From contig NW_024704750.1 in NCBI RefSeq assembly GCF_018977255.1, forward strand, positions 9,548,001-9,612,000: DNA of 64,000 nucleotides. Reading direction: 5' to 3'. Both the position numbers and the translations under genes were made by a program. A model generated the notes under the pieces. That model was not told where the DNA came from and searched no databases. It worked only from the letters and a program-made list of their open reading frames with translations. Source of the DNA: Callorhinchus milii. Taxonomy: Eukaryota. The stretch's first letter is position 1, and the number at the start of each line of letters is the position of its first letter. Below are positions 1-23,104 of the stretch, one piece after another.

Positions 1-1529
1 GAAAGTCGCAACTTTAAGTCCAGTATTCTCAGTGGGAATATACTAATCATTGATAACTGGAAATTTCAGCTGCAGCAAGCTGAAGTTTAGGATCGGCCCT
101 ATAGTCCCACGCTGCTGTGGTATGCAGTTTAAGAACAAAACCAACAAAAGAAAGGGGATAAAGGTCAACTCATTCAGCAGTTCGAAGCTGGGTGTGAGGA
201 TCTGCCTGTAATAATGTACAAAAGATTCCTGCTGGATTCCTGCTGAAAGGTCATCTGCAGGAGTGCAAGACAGAGACTTGGAATTTGTTCTGGGTAGCAC
301 TTGTACTGAAAGTTGTGGTACTTGAGATTGAACTCAGTGTTCCATCAACAAGCTGCTGGTGTAATTACAGCCATATCTCAATGCCAGGCTGCAGATGTAA
401 CTCTGCCTCCTTCACCTTTTTGCACTGTCATTAAAGATGATGCTTTCAATGACTTATTTACCATTCTGAGTGCGACTTCGGGACAGTGGGGCTGTAGTGC
501 AAACAGATATTGGTCACAACATTTTAATTTCATGCCTTCGCTATCAACAAATGAATCCATTTTAAGTAAACCTTTGATCATGCTGATGAGTGCAGTCCTG
601 TGCCTGAAATAGAATGAACAGTGTGGAATGACTCTGAGAATTGATGCTTATGGAGTGGGTAAACACTAATCCCCAGCTGGTAAAAGCTTTCAGCAAAAAA
701 TGCTATGGTAAAATGGTCCTGTGTGATATATAGAGGATGCTTCGTAGGTTACCACGGAGCCCTACGCTAATCCTGCAGTGTGCTATGAAGTCCATCCTTG
801 CATGTAAGCCTAGCGTAGCGACCAACCTGAATAAAGAACAATTCCTGAATCTCCTTATGACCTATGTACATTTGAAATGAGCAATATTTGGGGCCAAGAT
901 CTATGCAGATGTAAGGTAACAGTGCTGGAAATAAGGAGTCTTGTGTTTCTATTTGCTTACCTACACATCTGGCCTCCTCATTAACTTAATGATTTGGGTT
1001 ATTAAAAAAACTGCAGAAACATGGTTTTGAGTTGCCTTGTATGAAGCGTTACTGCAAAAAAACAAGTGCCTTTTACGACCCTTACGCCATCTCCATGTCT
1101 TAAAAAGGGCAAGAGTTGTACAGTTTGGTGACATGTTTCTGCATTCTCGAGACATGAAAAATGTGACCACAGTGCGGAGTATTGCAAATGCATAAAGCAG
1201 CCTGTGTTTAACCAGGATCTTAACTACTAAACTCTAGGCGGATATACAAGCATGTGTTCAAATGTATTTTAGATTATGAAGAGAAATGGGTTTGGAATAT
1301 ATGTCCTTTGACATTTATTTTTAGGAAAGCATCAGTTTGTGTATCATTGCTGCATAGTTAGTAATGTGATTTATTGATGGATCCAGGTTTGTCCCGTGAC
1401 TTTCACTTGATAAGCTAATCTGTCATGCCTGAGGCATAAGGTAGTGGTGCCAGACAGAACCTAGTGAACATCTGTTGACACTGTCAAGATAAAGAATATG
1501 ATTTAATGGTGGTTCTTTCATATATGGCG

Positions 1530-1626
1530 TTCGCCCACAAAATACATCTTATAGTATATTCTGTGAAGTGCTTTGGGATGTCCTTCCGACATGAAAGGCT
1601 TTACCAAACATAAGAATTATTAATAT
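1530..1626 (+). mobile_element. 3' fragment of tRNA-derived SINE (L2-type tail)
   Basis: tattctgtgaagtgctttgggatgtc...gacatgaaagg...aagaattatta matches the tail of the full copies at 26065 and 59445. Confidence 0.7.
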
Positions 1627-1700
1627 AATTCTATATTTGCTGTTTCTAATCATAGTATTTTTCAAATGTAAGTGAAGAATGGACTCTGATGTAGATAAGG

Positions 1701-1881
1701 AACAACAACAACAAGATTCCATTTATTGAGCGCCTTTCACGTCGGGAGGACGTCCTAAGGCGCTGTACAGTTGGGTCAGGACCCGAGCAGTGGGGAAATG
1801 GTCAGGGTGAGGGGAGGGAAGGGAGGGAGCGAGGAGGGAGTAGAGAGTCGAGAGGGGAGCTGAAGGCACGGTCAAAGAGAA
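1701..1881 (-). mobile_element. L2-clade LINE 3' end with (GTT)n tail
   Basis: Reverse complement is close to 25254-25467; stem-loop gcgcctt...acgtc-ctccc-gacgt...aaggcgc; (aac)n tail on the plus strand. Confidence 0.85.
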
Positions 1882-3702
1882 AAGGTAGGATGATTTAGTT
1901 ATAAATGTGTGCATCATACCTCCTCTACATGGATGGAATTTAGCGAATTATTAAATAGCTTTTACAAAAATTTCAAAAGCATTTCATAATTGAGGAATGC
2001 TTAAATATTATATGTAAAATTGTTATTATACAAATAATGGTGGTATTATTGAGGAGTTATAACATTCGATAAAATTTAAGAAAATCAAAGAGACATCCTT
2101 TGTGCCATTAACTTAGCAACAAAGAATACCTATTATCACTGGTCTAGTAACAGGGAATGACCTATTATGACATTATTGGCTTAGCACAAACACGCATAGA
2201 TTTCCCACACCACTTCCAACTGGTGCTGCATTGTACACAGGCAATAATACTATGTAAATAGCACAATGTGCTACACAACTGGGTTAAAATACCCTTTACA
2301 TTTGATGTATCACTTTGGACCCCTGTGGGTTTTTTTTAAGGATAAAAGGAGATCCTTAACAAACTCAAGAGTTGTATTATCTGTGATTTATTAAAGTGCA
2401 TTCCATTATGTCAAACCAAAAGCAGCATCATGTTAAACTATCCTATGCAACGTACAATTTCAGAATAAAATTCTTTGAGCTTTGTTTTTAAATGAGCATT
2501 GTCACCCAGGAAGGAGCTAGAAAAGCATTTTGGGCTTCTCAGTCGACCTAAATTTTTTTAATTTTACTCATGGTTTATTTGGCCAGTTTCTAAGTTTTGT
2601 CTAAACCAAACCAGATTTACTTAGATTAAAAATGCTTTTTTATAATCTATCCCAACTGTAAAATGAAGCTATTGCACCATTCAATGTGACCCATTCACTG
2701 AGAAATGCCCATGTTGTTTTTTATTTTTATTTTACATAACAATATTTCCATCTGATCATTGCTGAAAGGGACTTGATGGGCCATTTTAAATAAGTAAATG
2801 GTCAGAACAATGAACTAATTGGTTATATTGAAAATCCCCATTACATCTCAATATCTGTATATTGATCGTAAGGGTATTGATTGATTGCATTATCTCTAAA
2901 TAAAGATTTTAACTACAATGTAGTAGTTCTAAAGTTAGTTATGCATATTTTACGTTTTCATTAAATAAATTCTAAACTTATTCAAGAAACAACATCACTG
3001 AGTTACATTAGTTCCAATTCTGTATCCCCAAACATAGATTGCGGATTATCCTTGAACTCCTGTGGGGCCATTGAATTGAGCAACTCCTGATTATCCAGCA
3101 ATTCAAAGCCGTATAATTATCAGAAGCAGTGTGCAAGTAATAATCTGGCTTCATCTACTGGGAGTTTCTGTTCTACAGTCTGGCACTAGATGCTTTCTTC
3201 ACTGGATATGCATCAGTCCAAAAAATGATACTGGCTGCTTTCGTTCATTTAATAAAACCAAATCTCAAAATCAATGACTTCAAATTTGGTAAAAGGATAT
3301 TATGTGTTCAGAAGATACTATTAGTTACCTGATTTTTTTAAACTTTCAATTTACCTAGCTTGATTAAACATGACAATTCTTCAACCACTTTATAAACTAG
3401 TTACCCTATATTTTCTATTCTCTATCACTGTATATATTGATGTATACAAATATATTATATATACTGATGATTTGCTATTTCAAAGTAAGTTTCTTCATCC
3501 ACATTTCCTTTATTGTCAAAGACATATTATGTTTGAGTAACTCAGTTGCATTGAAGAAATATGTTTGAATTGTTCTTTAAATGTTTGCAATAGACCTACA
3601 CCAATCATGAAATAGTTATTTGTCATTAGATGTGTTGGAAATTGTGTGAATTATTAGATGTATTTGAAATTGTGACTGATATTTTATTTTTTTATTTTTT
3701 AG

Positions 3703-4273
3703 CTACAGTCTTACGGAACTCTAAATCTATCCCAAGTCCAGTTGAACTCCTTGCTGAATGATTGCATCCGGTGGCAAAATTTATTGCAAGTGTCTGAAAC
3801 TCCAGAATTGGAGGAGAATGTTTCCTACACTTCTGGTTTCCTATGTTCTCCCGGAACATCACCATCTTCGTCTGTGTACAATAAACCAAAGTTATCAGAA
3901 TCTACTCTTTCTCAGCTTTTGGAGGATGCACACAGTCCAAGGCTATCTACAGTTCATAGTGCAGTGGAAGGGGAGAATGGAAAAATGGGGGAAGAAAAGG
4001 AAGACCCCAGTTACTACCTCAGCAAAGCTCTGGCTAACAGCAGCAGTCTGAGAGAGAGATTCATGGCAATTTCATCAGCAGATTATGATGGAAGAGAGAT
4101 GGAGGAGAAGCAGATGTCTTGTGATAATGAAGAGTCCTACTTGACCAGGGCACTTGGGATTAAACAAGTGAAGAAACCATCTTTCCTGAATGACCAAAAC
4201 TATTGCAGTGACACTGATCAGGAGCCAACAACAGATTCCAACATTGCCGTCATTCCACAGCCACTGCACAGAG
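3703..4273 (+). CDS. FSIP1: FSIP1 (fibrous sheath-interacting protein 1), penultimate coding exon
   Basis: Long polypyrimidine tract + AG at 3701-3702, open frame LQSYGTLNLSQVQLNSLLNDCI...YYLSKALAN...YLTRALGIKQVKKPSFLNDQNY, GT donor at 4274. Motifs resemble the recalled FSIP1 C-terminus (LLDECI, YYLTKAL, LGIGRLKRPSFLDDPLY). Tail-to-tail with THBS1 as in mammals. Confidence 0.85.
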
Positions 4274-4941
4274 GTACTATAATACCCCTTTGTCACTAAG
4301 AATTGCATTTTAGTTAAACTCTTTGATTAAAAGTAATGTTTCCAAAAATAAACATCCAAAGATGGGATGTTGTTGCTCCCAACCCATCCTTTAACAAAAT
4401 TAAATGAGATTTCACAAATTTAAAACCAATAATGATAACAATTCTTGCATTTGATATAACATCTTATCACTGTAAATGTTATTGAAAATATTTTTGATTT
4501 AAAAAAATAAATGTCTGGTATTTGGGAGAAGAAAAAAATAATCAAAATTGTCATGGAGGAGACTTAATGCTTAAAGCACTGATTGAGCTGTTGTTTAGGT
4601 TCAGTCTAGCATATACTTTTGTGCTAAAGGTCATTAAGTCTTACTCTTGGCACAAGAGTCATCTTGTCTTAGTAGCCAGCTCCAAATAAATGTGCAAATT
4701 GAAGCGGTAGTAGTTTGCCTATGCTTTCTCACATTGGTAAAATATCATTCTATCAACTTTTCAAGTGATCCTACCAGTGATAAAGAGCACACCGATCGTG
4801 TTGAACCTCTATTGTGGTCAATAATCTTTAGTGCAGAAGAAAAATTAACATTGTTAACTAACAGATTCAGTGTTAAACTAACAAATTCTTTTGATGTAAT
4901 TTTGATCCAGACAGTTGAAATGTAACATTAATTTTTTGCAG

Positions 4942-4994
4942 ATACTGAGAATGCAGCCGACAATGATGAAGAAATAAAGGAAGTGAGAGAGTGA
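4942..4994 (+). CDS. FSIP1: FSIP1 last coding exon (DTENAADNDEEIKEVRE*)
   Basis: ttttttgcag acceptor ending at 4941, phase-1 continuation of the previous exon, short acidic tail, TGA at 4992-4994. Confidence 0.65.
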
Positions 4995-5078
4995 GTGAGT
5001 CGGAGGTAATCCGAGATGGAGTTCCAGAGGGTGGAGGCAATAGAGAAGCCATACCCAACATTAACATAGAACCATATA

Positions 5079-5150
5079 AATAACAATAATCCTTTTTGAT
5101 ATAGCGCCTTATCACTTTGTTGAGATGTCTCAAAGCTCTTCACAGAATAT
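5079..5150 (-). mobile_element. SINE tail fragment in FSIP1 3' region
   Basis: aataatcc...tgatatagcgccttatcac...gatgtctcaaagctcttcacagaatata is the reverse of the SINE tail. Confidence 0.7.
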
Positions 5151-5520
5151 ATTGTTGATTGTATTTTTGTGGGAGAAATGGATTTGTCATCTATGTGTTC
5201 ATGCAGGCTTTTTTTTTCCAGGATTTATAGTGAAGTTTAAAAATATTTCATCCCAAGGAAATATTCCTTTTCCTTTCTTTTCTTTTTTTCATTTTATCTA
5301 AAACACGTTGAATCTTCCAGGTTTCTGGAGATTAAAAATCAGATTGAAACCTTTTTGCTTAGTTATTTGTGTAATACAGTATGTACATCATAGACTAGGC
5401 TTGATCTTTGGAATATCTCAAATAATTAACACTGGCTACAGCAAATCCTGTGTTTTGATGATCTGGTTTTACTTGTTTTTTTACTTTTTCCAATGACTCA
5501 AAGAAAAAGTGCACAACTTA

Positions 5521-5532
5521 AATAAAAATAAA
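5521..5532 (+). terminator. candidate FSIP1 polyadenylation signals (two tandem AATAAA)
   Basis: aataaaaataaa about 530 nt after the inferred stop codon. Confidence 0.35.
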
Positions 5533-7429
5533 ATCTAACTCCACTTGTCTTTGAATGGTTAGGTTCTGACAAAGAACCTTTTATTGGATTATTTACAATG
5601 TTATTGTTTTGGACAACTTTGACTTCTACTTTAGTCTGTATAATGTTTAATTGATTCATACAGTTCTATTATTACTGGAGTGACTTAATTGACGTTAACC
5701 CTGTACCCTGACTCCAATCTAAAGAAAAAAGGAATCCACTAAAGTGGAGCAGGCCATATACAAAAGCACTACAAAAGGGATTTATATTACTTGTTAAAAC
5801 ATTAAAGTGGTTTGGTTGTAAAATTCTGAATGCTTTAGTTATGTAGCACTATGAGTTTCTACCTCTGATAAGCTTTATACGTAAGATATAAGTTGGTCCC
5901 TTCATCCTAAAATGGTAGTGTTTGATTTCTTAGACCAATTAATTGTCAATGGTGGGTAACACAGTGCTCTTGTATGTTACTGTATATGCCTCGAGATGAA
6001 GGTCATCAGGTTTACTCAGGTCTGAAGCCAGAATTTAGGAGATACTAATCTTTAAACCTCACTTAAGTGATGAGCATCTTTTGCTTGAAAGCAGATTTTA
6101 AACCTTACTACCTGACGTGAACTATTTAACTGGATCATTGGATAGAATTGTTGTAAATAGTGATATGTGTTACTTATGAAATACATATCGCCAAGTGTTT
6201 ATAATAAATTGTACTTTTGTATGTAATTAATGCTTGGAAGTATACTATGAGGGCTCCTGTACAAAACATAGATATGCAAAAAGTGAGGGGTTGTACTTAA
6301 TGAGAATGAATGCTAGGGAGTTCAGATTGATTGTGCTAGATTATAGTGGGTAGCACTGATGGAGAAAGGAGAGAAATGGTCTGTGCTCTCCATCTGTAGC
6401 AGTTTTGCTGCATTAGTTGGTATGATGCAGAATAGGAGGGATTGCCCAGTTATCCCACCAACATGGATCTGGTTGTTCTGTGCAAACAATATGGAATTAT
6501 ATTAAATTAAAACAAATATATATTCTTTGTGAGTAGACACCAAACCAAAGTCGAACTTTGATCCATCCACCTTGTGGATTCTCATAATGCACATCATTTT
6601 AATATTGTGTCTTGTCATTTATGAACAATGTGTGTGCCTTTGTTTTGTATTAGATTTATAGTTGGGGGCAGTAAATCTTGAAATATCAGCGTGAACCTAC
6701 CTTACAAAAGGGGAGAACATGACAGGGCATATTCTTCATAAATCTAGAGAGATATAAGTTCACTACCTTTCTGTAAAAAAANTATTTTTCATCAGAGAGC
6801 AGTAGGACATGAGCCCAATCACATAGGGTGGCAGGAAATATTGGAGGTGGGTCTAGTCATGCCTCACGCACACCTCCTATTGAGAGCTCAAGAGTATCTT
6901 CGGATTTAATATGGAGGAGGGAATTTTGAGGTTCAATCTGAAGGGGATGAAACAACTAAAGAAAATGACAGATGGGGCACAGTAAAATCTACTGGGGTCT
7001 AGATTTACTCTCTCTAACATTTCTGAGTGTCCAGAATTTAGCAAATTCTGTAATTCAATCTTAACTTTAACATCGAGGTTGAATCCATATTTAAAAATTC
7101 TGAAAGCTATATAGAGCACATCTTGTTTAAGGTGGAATTTCTCCCACATACTTTTCAAATTGTTATATTTAAAGCTTTAACCAAAAAAAAGGTTTTACTC
7201 TTTAGTCTCCCACATTTGCCAACAACCACATTATGGTTTTATGGCAGCAGATGAAAAATGTATTTTTAATTTGAAAAATGGCATTTGGATTTTACACCAA
7301 ATATTGGTGTAACAGAAATCAGAAAGTTACTCACAATGAGTTGGTGATTAGTTTATAAAGTGTATCTAGTCTTAAAGAAATTGAATGTTTGTCAGTTAGT
7401 ACAACAGGAATGCAATCTATAGGCAAGAT

Positions 7430-9459
7430 GGTACAGGTTTCTATACATTTTATTGTCATTTCATGTTTGTTACAAATGGCACTGCGTGACTTGAACAGCT
7501 CTAAATGTAAAATGGTTAGAAAGGTGTACAAAAAGCATTGCTAATGATAAACAGTATGTAAAAAAGCAACATCAATTCAGTGTGCAAAAGTTTCATACAG
7601 ACAGAAACACTAACTCTCTAGGTAGCATTTCCTGATAAATTACTTAAATAGGGTATCTACAAAATAATGAGATTTGTTTACCTGTTTAATGTTACAAGTT
7701 GCAACTGAGAAACAATAATTTATTTAAAAATGAGCAGTGACATACAAGAAGCTAGGAAGAAAAAGAAACACATGGCAGCATAGAACAAAAATGTTTTCAA
7801 TGCCATTTCCTTATTGGGGATACATTTTTCTTCTGCAAAAATAAATTTTTGACTATGTACAAAGCCTTTTTATACTACAGTAGCATCAGGGTACTTTAGA
7901 CACGTGACGAAGGTTTTCTGCTGCTTGATCCAAAGGTTCTTCTTGATCACACAACAATGAGGTAATATTTGTACATAGAAGTTTCACCTTTTTCACTTTT
8001 TGGAAAAGATATAGATCCACTTGTACCAAGGGCACCTGTGGTTGTAGGAAACAGTTTCTAGGCTCTTCTGAAGGTTAACTGAAACTGGCAGAGTGAAGCT
8101 TTCTGCAGGGCTGAAACACAGTAGCCTGAATAACATATTGATTACAGACTCACCCACATTCAGCTTCATCTTGAAGTGCCCTTTGCAAACAAGGACACAA
8201 ATTTCAAATGAAAAAACACCTAAAACTACCTAGCATCAATATAGAACAAATGTTAATAAATAATCACTCTATTTACAATCTTACAATGCACACAAAGACT
8301 AGTGATAAAAACTCTCATGGATAGTCTGCCGCTTTTCTTTTTAAAGTGTCCTTCAATCCATAAATCATCCAGGATAAGAAAATAAATAATTTCTGATATT
8401 AAAATTGTTTTATCTACAGTCAGAACAATTTGCCATTTTGGCAAATGTTAGTTAAAGAGAAGGGCATTCTTTCAATGGTCTGCTTGTGCCTTTTTAATCG
8501 CAGTATTTAAAGCAAATACCCTTTCCAAAGAGGTCAACACAGATGCTGAACAGGGTGGTAGTGCTCTCTGGATTCTCCTCCATTCTTGGTACGATCAAAC
8601 TAGCTTCATTTGGAATAAAAGCACGAGCTAACTGTGCTATACTATTGGAACTGTGATTGGACCTGATCTTCCTCATGTTTTGGGTCTGGCCTAGTTTGGT
8701 CAGCACATATCCAGAGCACTGCCTGGTACGGGGTTGGGGGGGATTGGTCATAAGAGTGCTTATAGCAGGGAATTGGGTTTTCACTCTGTATGGAATCAAC
8801 TAGCTATAATGCTGCTACTATATGCACTTTTGGTGAGTAGTATTAATTTATTGACAAAAAAACAAAATATACGGTTCAGTACAAAAAGGTAACAGTTCTT
8901 TCATTTTTTCCAGATGTCTTTCAGTTACAAGAAAAATTCTCATAATCCTTTCCCTACCCTTTTGTAAATTCTATTTATTCTGTTCACTTCAAACTTCAGT
9001 TATCTTTTCACCATATAAGTCCCTTGTGTTTTTATATAACAAAAAAAATGTGTCCACAGCAGAAATGGTCTTGTTAACCGTGTGCAATCTCCATCCATGG
9101 GAATTCCAGCTAAGGAAATGTAGGACTGAAATGACAAATAACTTGCTGAGTAAAGCTCTTTCCAGATTCAACAGAGGTGTATTTATGTGGTGTCTGGGAA
9201 TTCCATTCTTCAGAAGCAAAATTGAGCGACTACAGTACATTAAGACGTGGTGAGTCATTTTTCTTTGCAGACTTATTGCTTATTTCTGTCGATAGCATCC
9301 AGTGAGTTTTATCAGCTGATACAGGTCATGTGCTTGAATCCCACAAACAAAAGGGGAAAAAAGGAAGAAGAAAACAATGGTCCAGGATTGGTTTCAAGAA
9401 AATAACAAGGTGCAAGACCAGCTTTCTTTCGAATATTTCCACTTCCAGTAACGCTGACT
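7430..9459 (-). other. THBS1: THBS1 3'UTR (~2 kb)
   Basis: Follows the stop codon; AATAAA at 7454-7449 on the minus strand; several blocks resemble the recalled human THBS1 3'UTR. The 3' end is approximate. Confidence 0.7.
7449..7454 (-). terminator. THBS1 distal polyadenylation signal AATAAA
   Basis: tttatt on the plus strand, at the end of the conserved-looking UTR block. Confidence 0.6.
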
Positions 9460-21003
<11,544 letters not shown>

Positions 21004-21201
21004 TTTTAAAGTAATTTTAACGACCTGTTTTTTTTTCAAAAGAAAAAAAGAAGACATTAAGTTGATGGAATTTCCAAGTCGCCCAAACAAAGCGAACTGC
21101 GGCTTCTCGGTTATCACAGTCGCAACAGATAATAAATCATAACTCACTAACCGGCACAGAAGTTTTTCAGTCTGTCCCCCGGAAAAAAAAACTCCTTCGT
21201 G

Positions 21202-21214
21202 TGAGTGAGTGAGT

Positions 21215-21245
<31 letters not shown>
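21202..21245. repeat. (TGAG)n(GA)n microsatellite
   Basis: Seen directly in sequence. Confidence 0.9.
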
Positions 21246-21312
21246 GAAGAAAGTGGCAATGAAATTCCTGAAGCTGCTGAGTGAGCCCTTCGACAGATCT
21301 CGTTTAACTTCT

Positions 21313-21316
<4 letters not shown>

Positions 21317-21366
<50 letters not shown>
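21317..21366. repeat. (TC)n microsatellite
   Basis: Seen directly in sequence. Confidence 0.9.
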
Positions 21367-21504
21367 CTCCGAAGAGCTGAGCCGTTAAAAGTATTTTTGT
21401 TTGTCCCCGACTGTGTTGCGAAGAAGCGAAGCGATGCAAAGCAAAGCAGCTCAGCTTGAAGCTGGAGAAGACGAGATGGATACTACAGAAGAACTGGATT
21501 CCCA

Positions 21505-21580
21505 TCTCCTTTAAATACCCTCTCACATTCCTCAGCCTCACTCTCTGCCAATCACCACCGGCCCTGGAAGGAAACGGGGT
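21505..21580 (-). promoter_or_regulatory. THBS1 core promoter: TATTTAAA (21517-21510), GGAATG/MCAT (21531-21526), inverted CCAAT (21552-21548)
   Basis: Minus strand reads GATTGG...GAGGAATGTG...GGTATTTAAAGG; a second CCAAT lies at 21666-21670. Same order as the recalled mammalian THBS1 promoter. Confidence 0.7.
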
Positions 21581-22429
21581 TGTGTTTATTCAGTTACCTC
21601 ACAACAAGAGGGATACAGTTCCAGAGCAGTCACAACCCACAGCAAGAAAAGCAATTAGGCGGATTCCAATGGCCATCAGCCAAAATACTCAAATATTATT
21701 GCAGAGGTACGAGCCAGGCTCGGCTTTCTGTTCAATAGATCCATCTGCAGTCGTCAATATTTTTTTCCCATTAGTCGGACAGAAAACGTTCAGTGCGTTC
21801 CGTTTGATAAAACTTTGGTAAATGTTTTAAAAGTGTACTTTTTAAAAAAAAAGTGATTTCCACAGTGGGTGGGTGGTTGGGTGAGTGGGTGGGGGGGATG
21901 TAAATACAGGTAGAACAATGATTTGAAGAAATGTATTAAAAAGGCATATATAAAACGAGACGCTTCAACGTTAATGAGAGATGCTTCAAGAATTCGGGTG
22001 GTGAAGTGTCGGATAACGTTTATGTATATAGATGAGGTGAGGTGAGAGCGCATTTTCCAACGAAGTTTGCGAAATGCACTTGTCAAGTTCCCCACCGGGG
22101 GGAGTTGTGTGGATTGGTTTTGGGTGGAAATGTGACCGAGTCAAGTCTGAAATGTCTGTCTTCGGGTCTGTGAGTCTGTCTTACGCCTCGAGCATTTCAA
22201 ATCACCACAGATTTTATATCTGACACTTCTCATGCGAACTCAAGACACGGTGAACAAGTGTTGTTTTGCTTCTTGTAACACTCGTAACACAGAAGGTCGA
22301 AGCTACATATGTTGTACGTCGTGTTAAGAGAAGCAACAATCCAGCTTAAAATCAAACTTTGCAAACTTTAGTTTGGTTTAAACTAGTGTACTGAAACAAA
22401 GTATTTCCTAAGACCCTTCTATATACACG

Positions 22430-22454
22430 TATATATATATATATGTGTGTGTGT
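22430..22454. repeat. (TA)n(TG)n microsatellite
   Basis: Seen directly in sequence. Confidence 0.8.
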
Positions 22455-23082
22455 AAGTTAAACATATACAACTTTGTGCTTTTTTATTATATTCTACTTA
22501 GACTTTCCATTCGTGCTTTACGTCACTGGAAAAGAATTTGTTCAGGAAATAGTTTTTTTTTTGACGTCGGTGCATTCTTTCTCTTTTTTTCTTGCTAAAG
22601 ATCCGCTTGATTGGGGATTGACTGAGTGCAACAGTCTGCAAGTTTAATGCTCTGACCCATTGCCCTTGACTCAGACAGACAGAACACTTCACTGAAGTCA
22701 TTTCTTCCTTGAATAATAGCCCAACCTACAGCTAGATGTTAAGTATATATGATCAACGTTGTGGGTATTCACTCTGTCAATGCATGATTTAAACAAGGAT
22801 TAGGGAACAACGTGCGGTGCTTACAAATGATAGGCATATTTGCAGCACGATTTAAACCACTGTCCTGTCCTACTTAACCCGGTGAAAAGGTTAAAATCCC
22901 GAATTGATAGCAAAGAAAGTCGAGGTTGCACTTTCTGTTGAGGAGTAAGTGTGAGAAAGGCAGAGAGGACTTCTGTGAGTGACACTGTTCTCAACCCAAA
23001 TCTACATTCCACTCTCGCCTTGCACTTCACCTTAGCGTACTGTGCCCCCTTCCTAATGTGTTAATGTACACTTCTTCACCCT

Positions 23083-23104
23083 GCCCCCCCCCCCCCCCCC
23101 CCCC
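23083..23104. repeat. poly-C run (22 nt)
   Basis: Seen directly in sequence. Confidence 0.85.

Larger units (their letters stand above)
21148..21485 (-). other. THBS1: THBS1 non-coding exon 1 (5'UTR), boundaries approximate
   Basis: Starts about 25-30 nt downstream of the TATA-like box. Candidate donors are GTGAGT at 21147 or GTTAGT at 21151. No upstream ATG in the interval. Confidence 0.5.

Noticed and set aside
43-612. Short ORFs on both strands at the window start
   Set aside because: No recognisable domain and no convincing FSIP1-like exon with splice sites; probably intron or decayed repeat.
583-612. CTGATGA...GAAA hammerhead-like string (also box C/D-like)
   Set aside because: The stem does not abut GAAA, no stems I/III are evident, and it is too short for a C/D snoRNA.
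762-818. Inverted repeat ctacgcta/tagcgtag
   Set aside because: Only 8 bp, with no TSD or second copy; insufficient to call a MITE.
3742-4299. 185-aa ORF as a standalone gene
   Set aside because: It starts at a non-ATG codon and is better explained as an internal FSIP1 exon (3703-4273) read into the intron.
6700-7160. Possible old CR1 fragment between the two genes
   Set aside because: Only faint motif similarity; there is also an ambiguous base at 6782.
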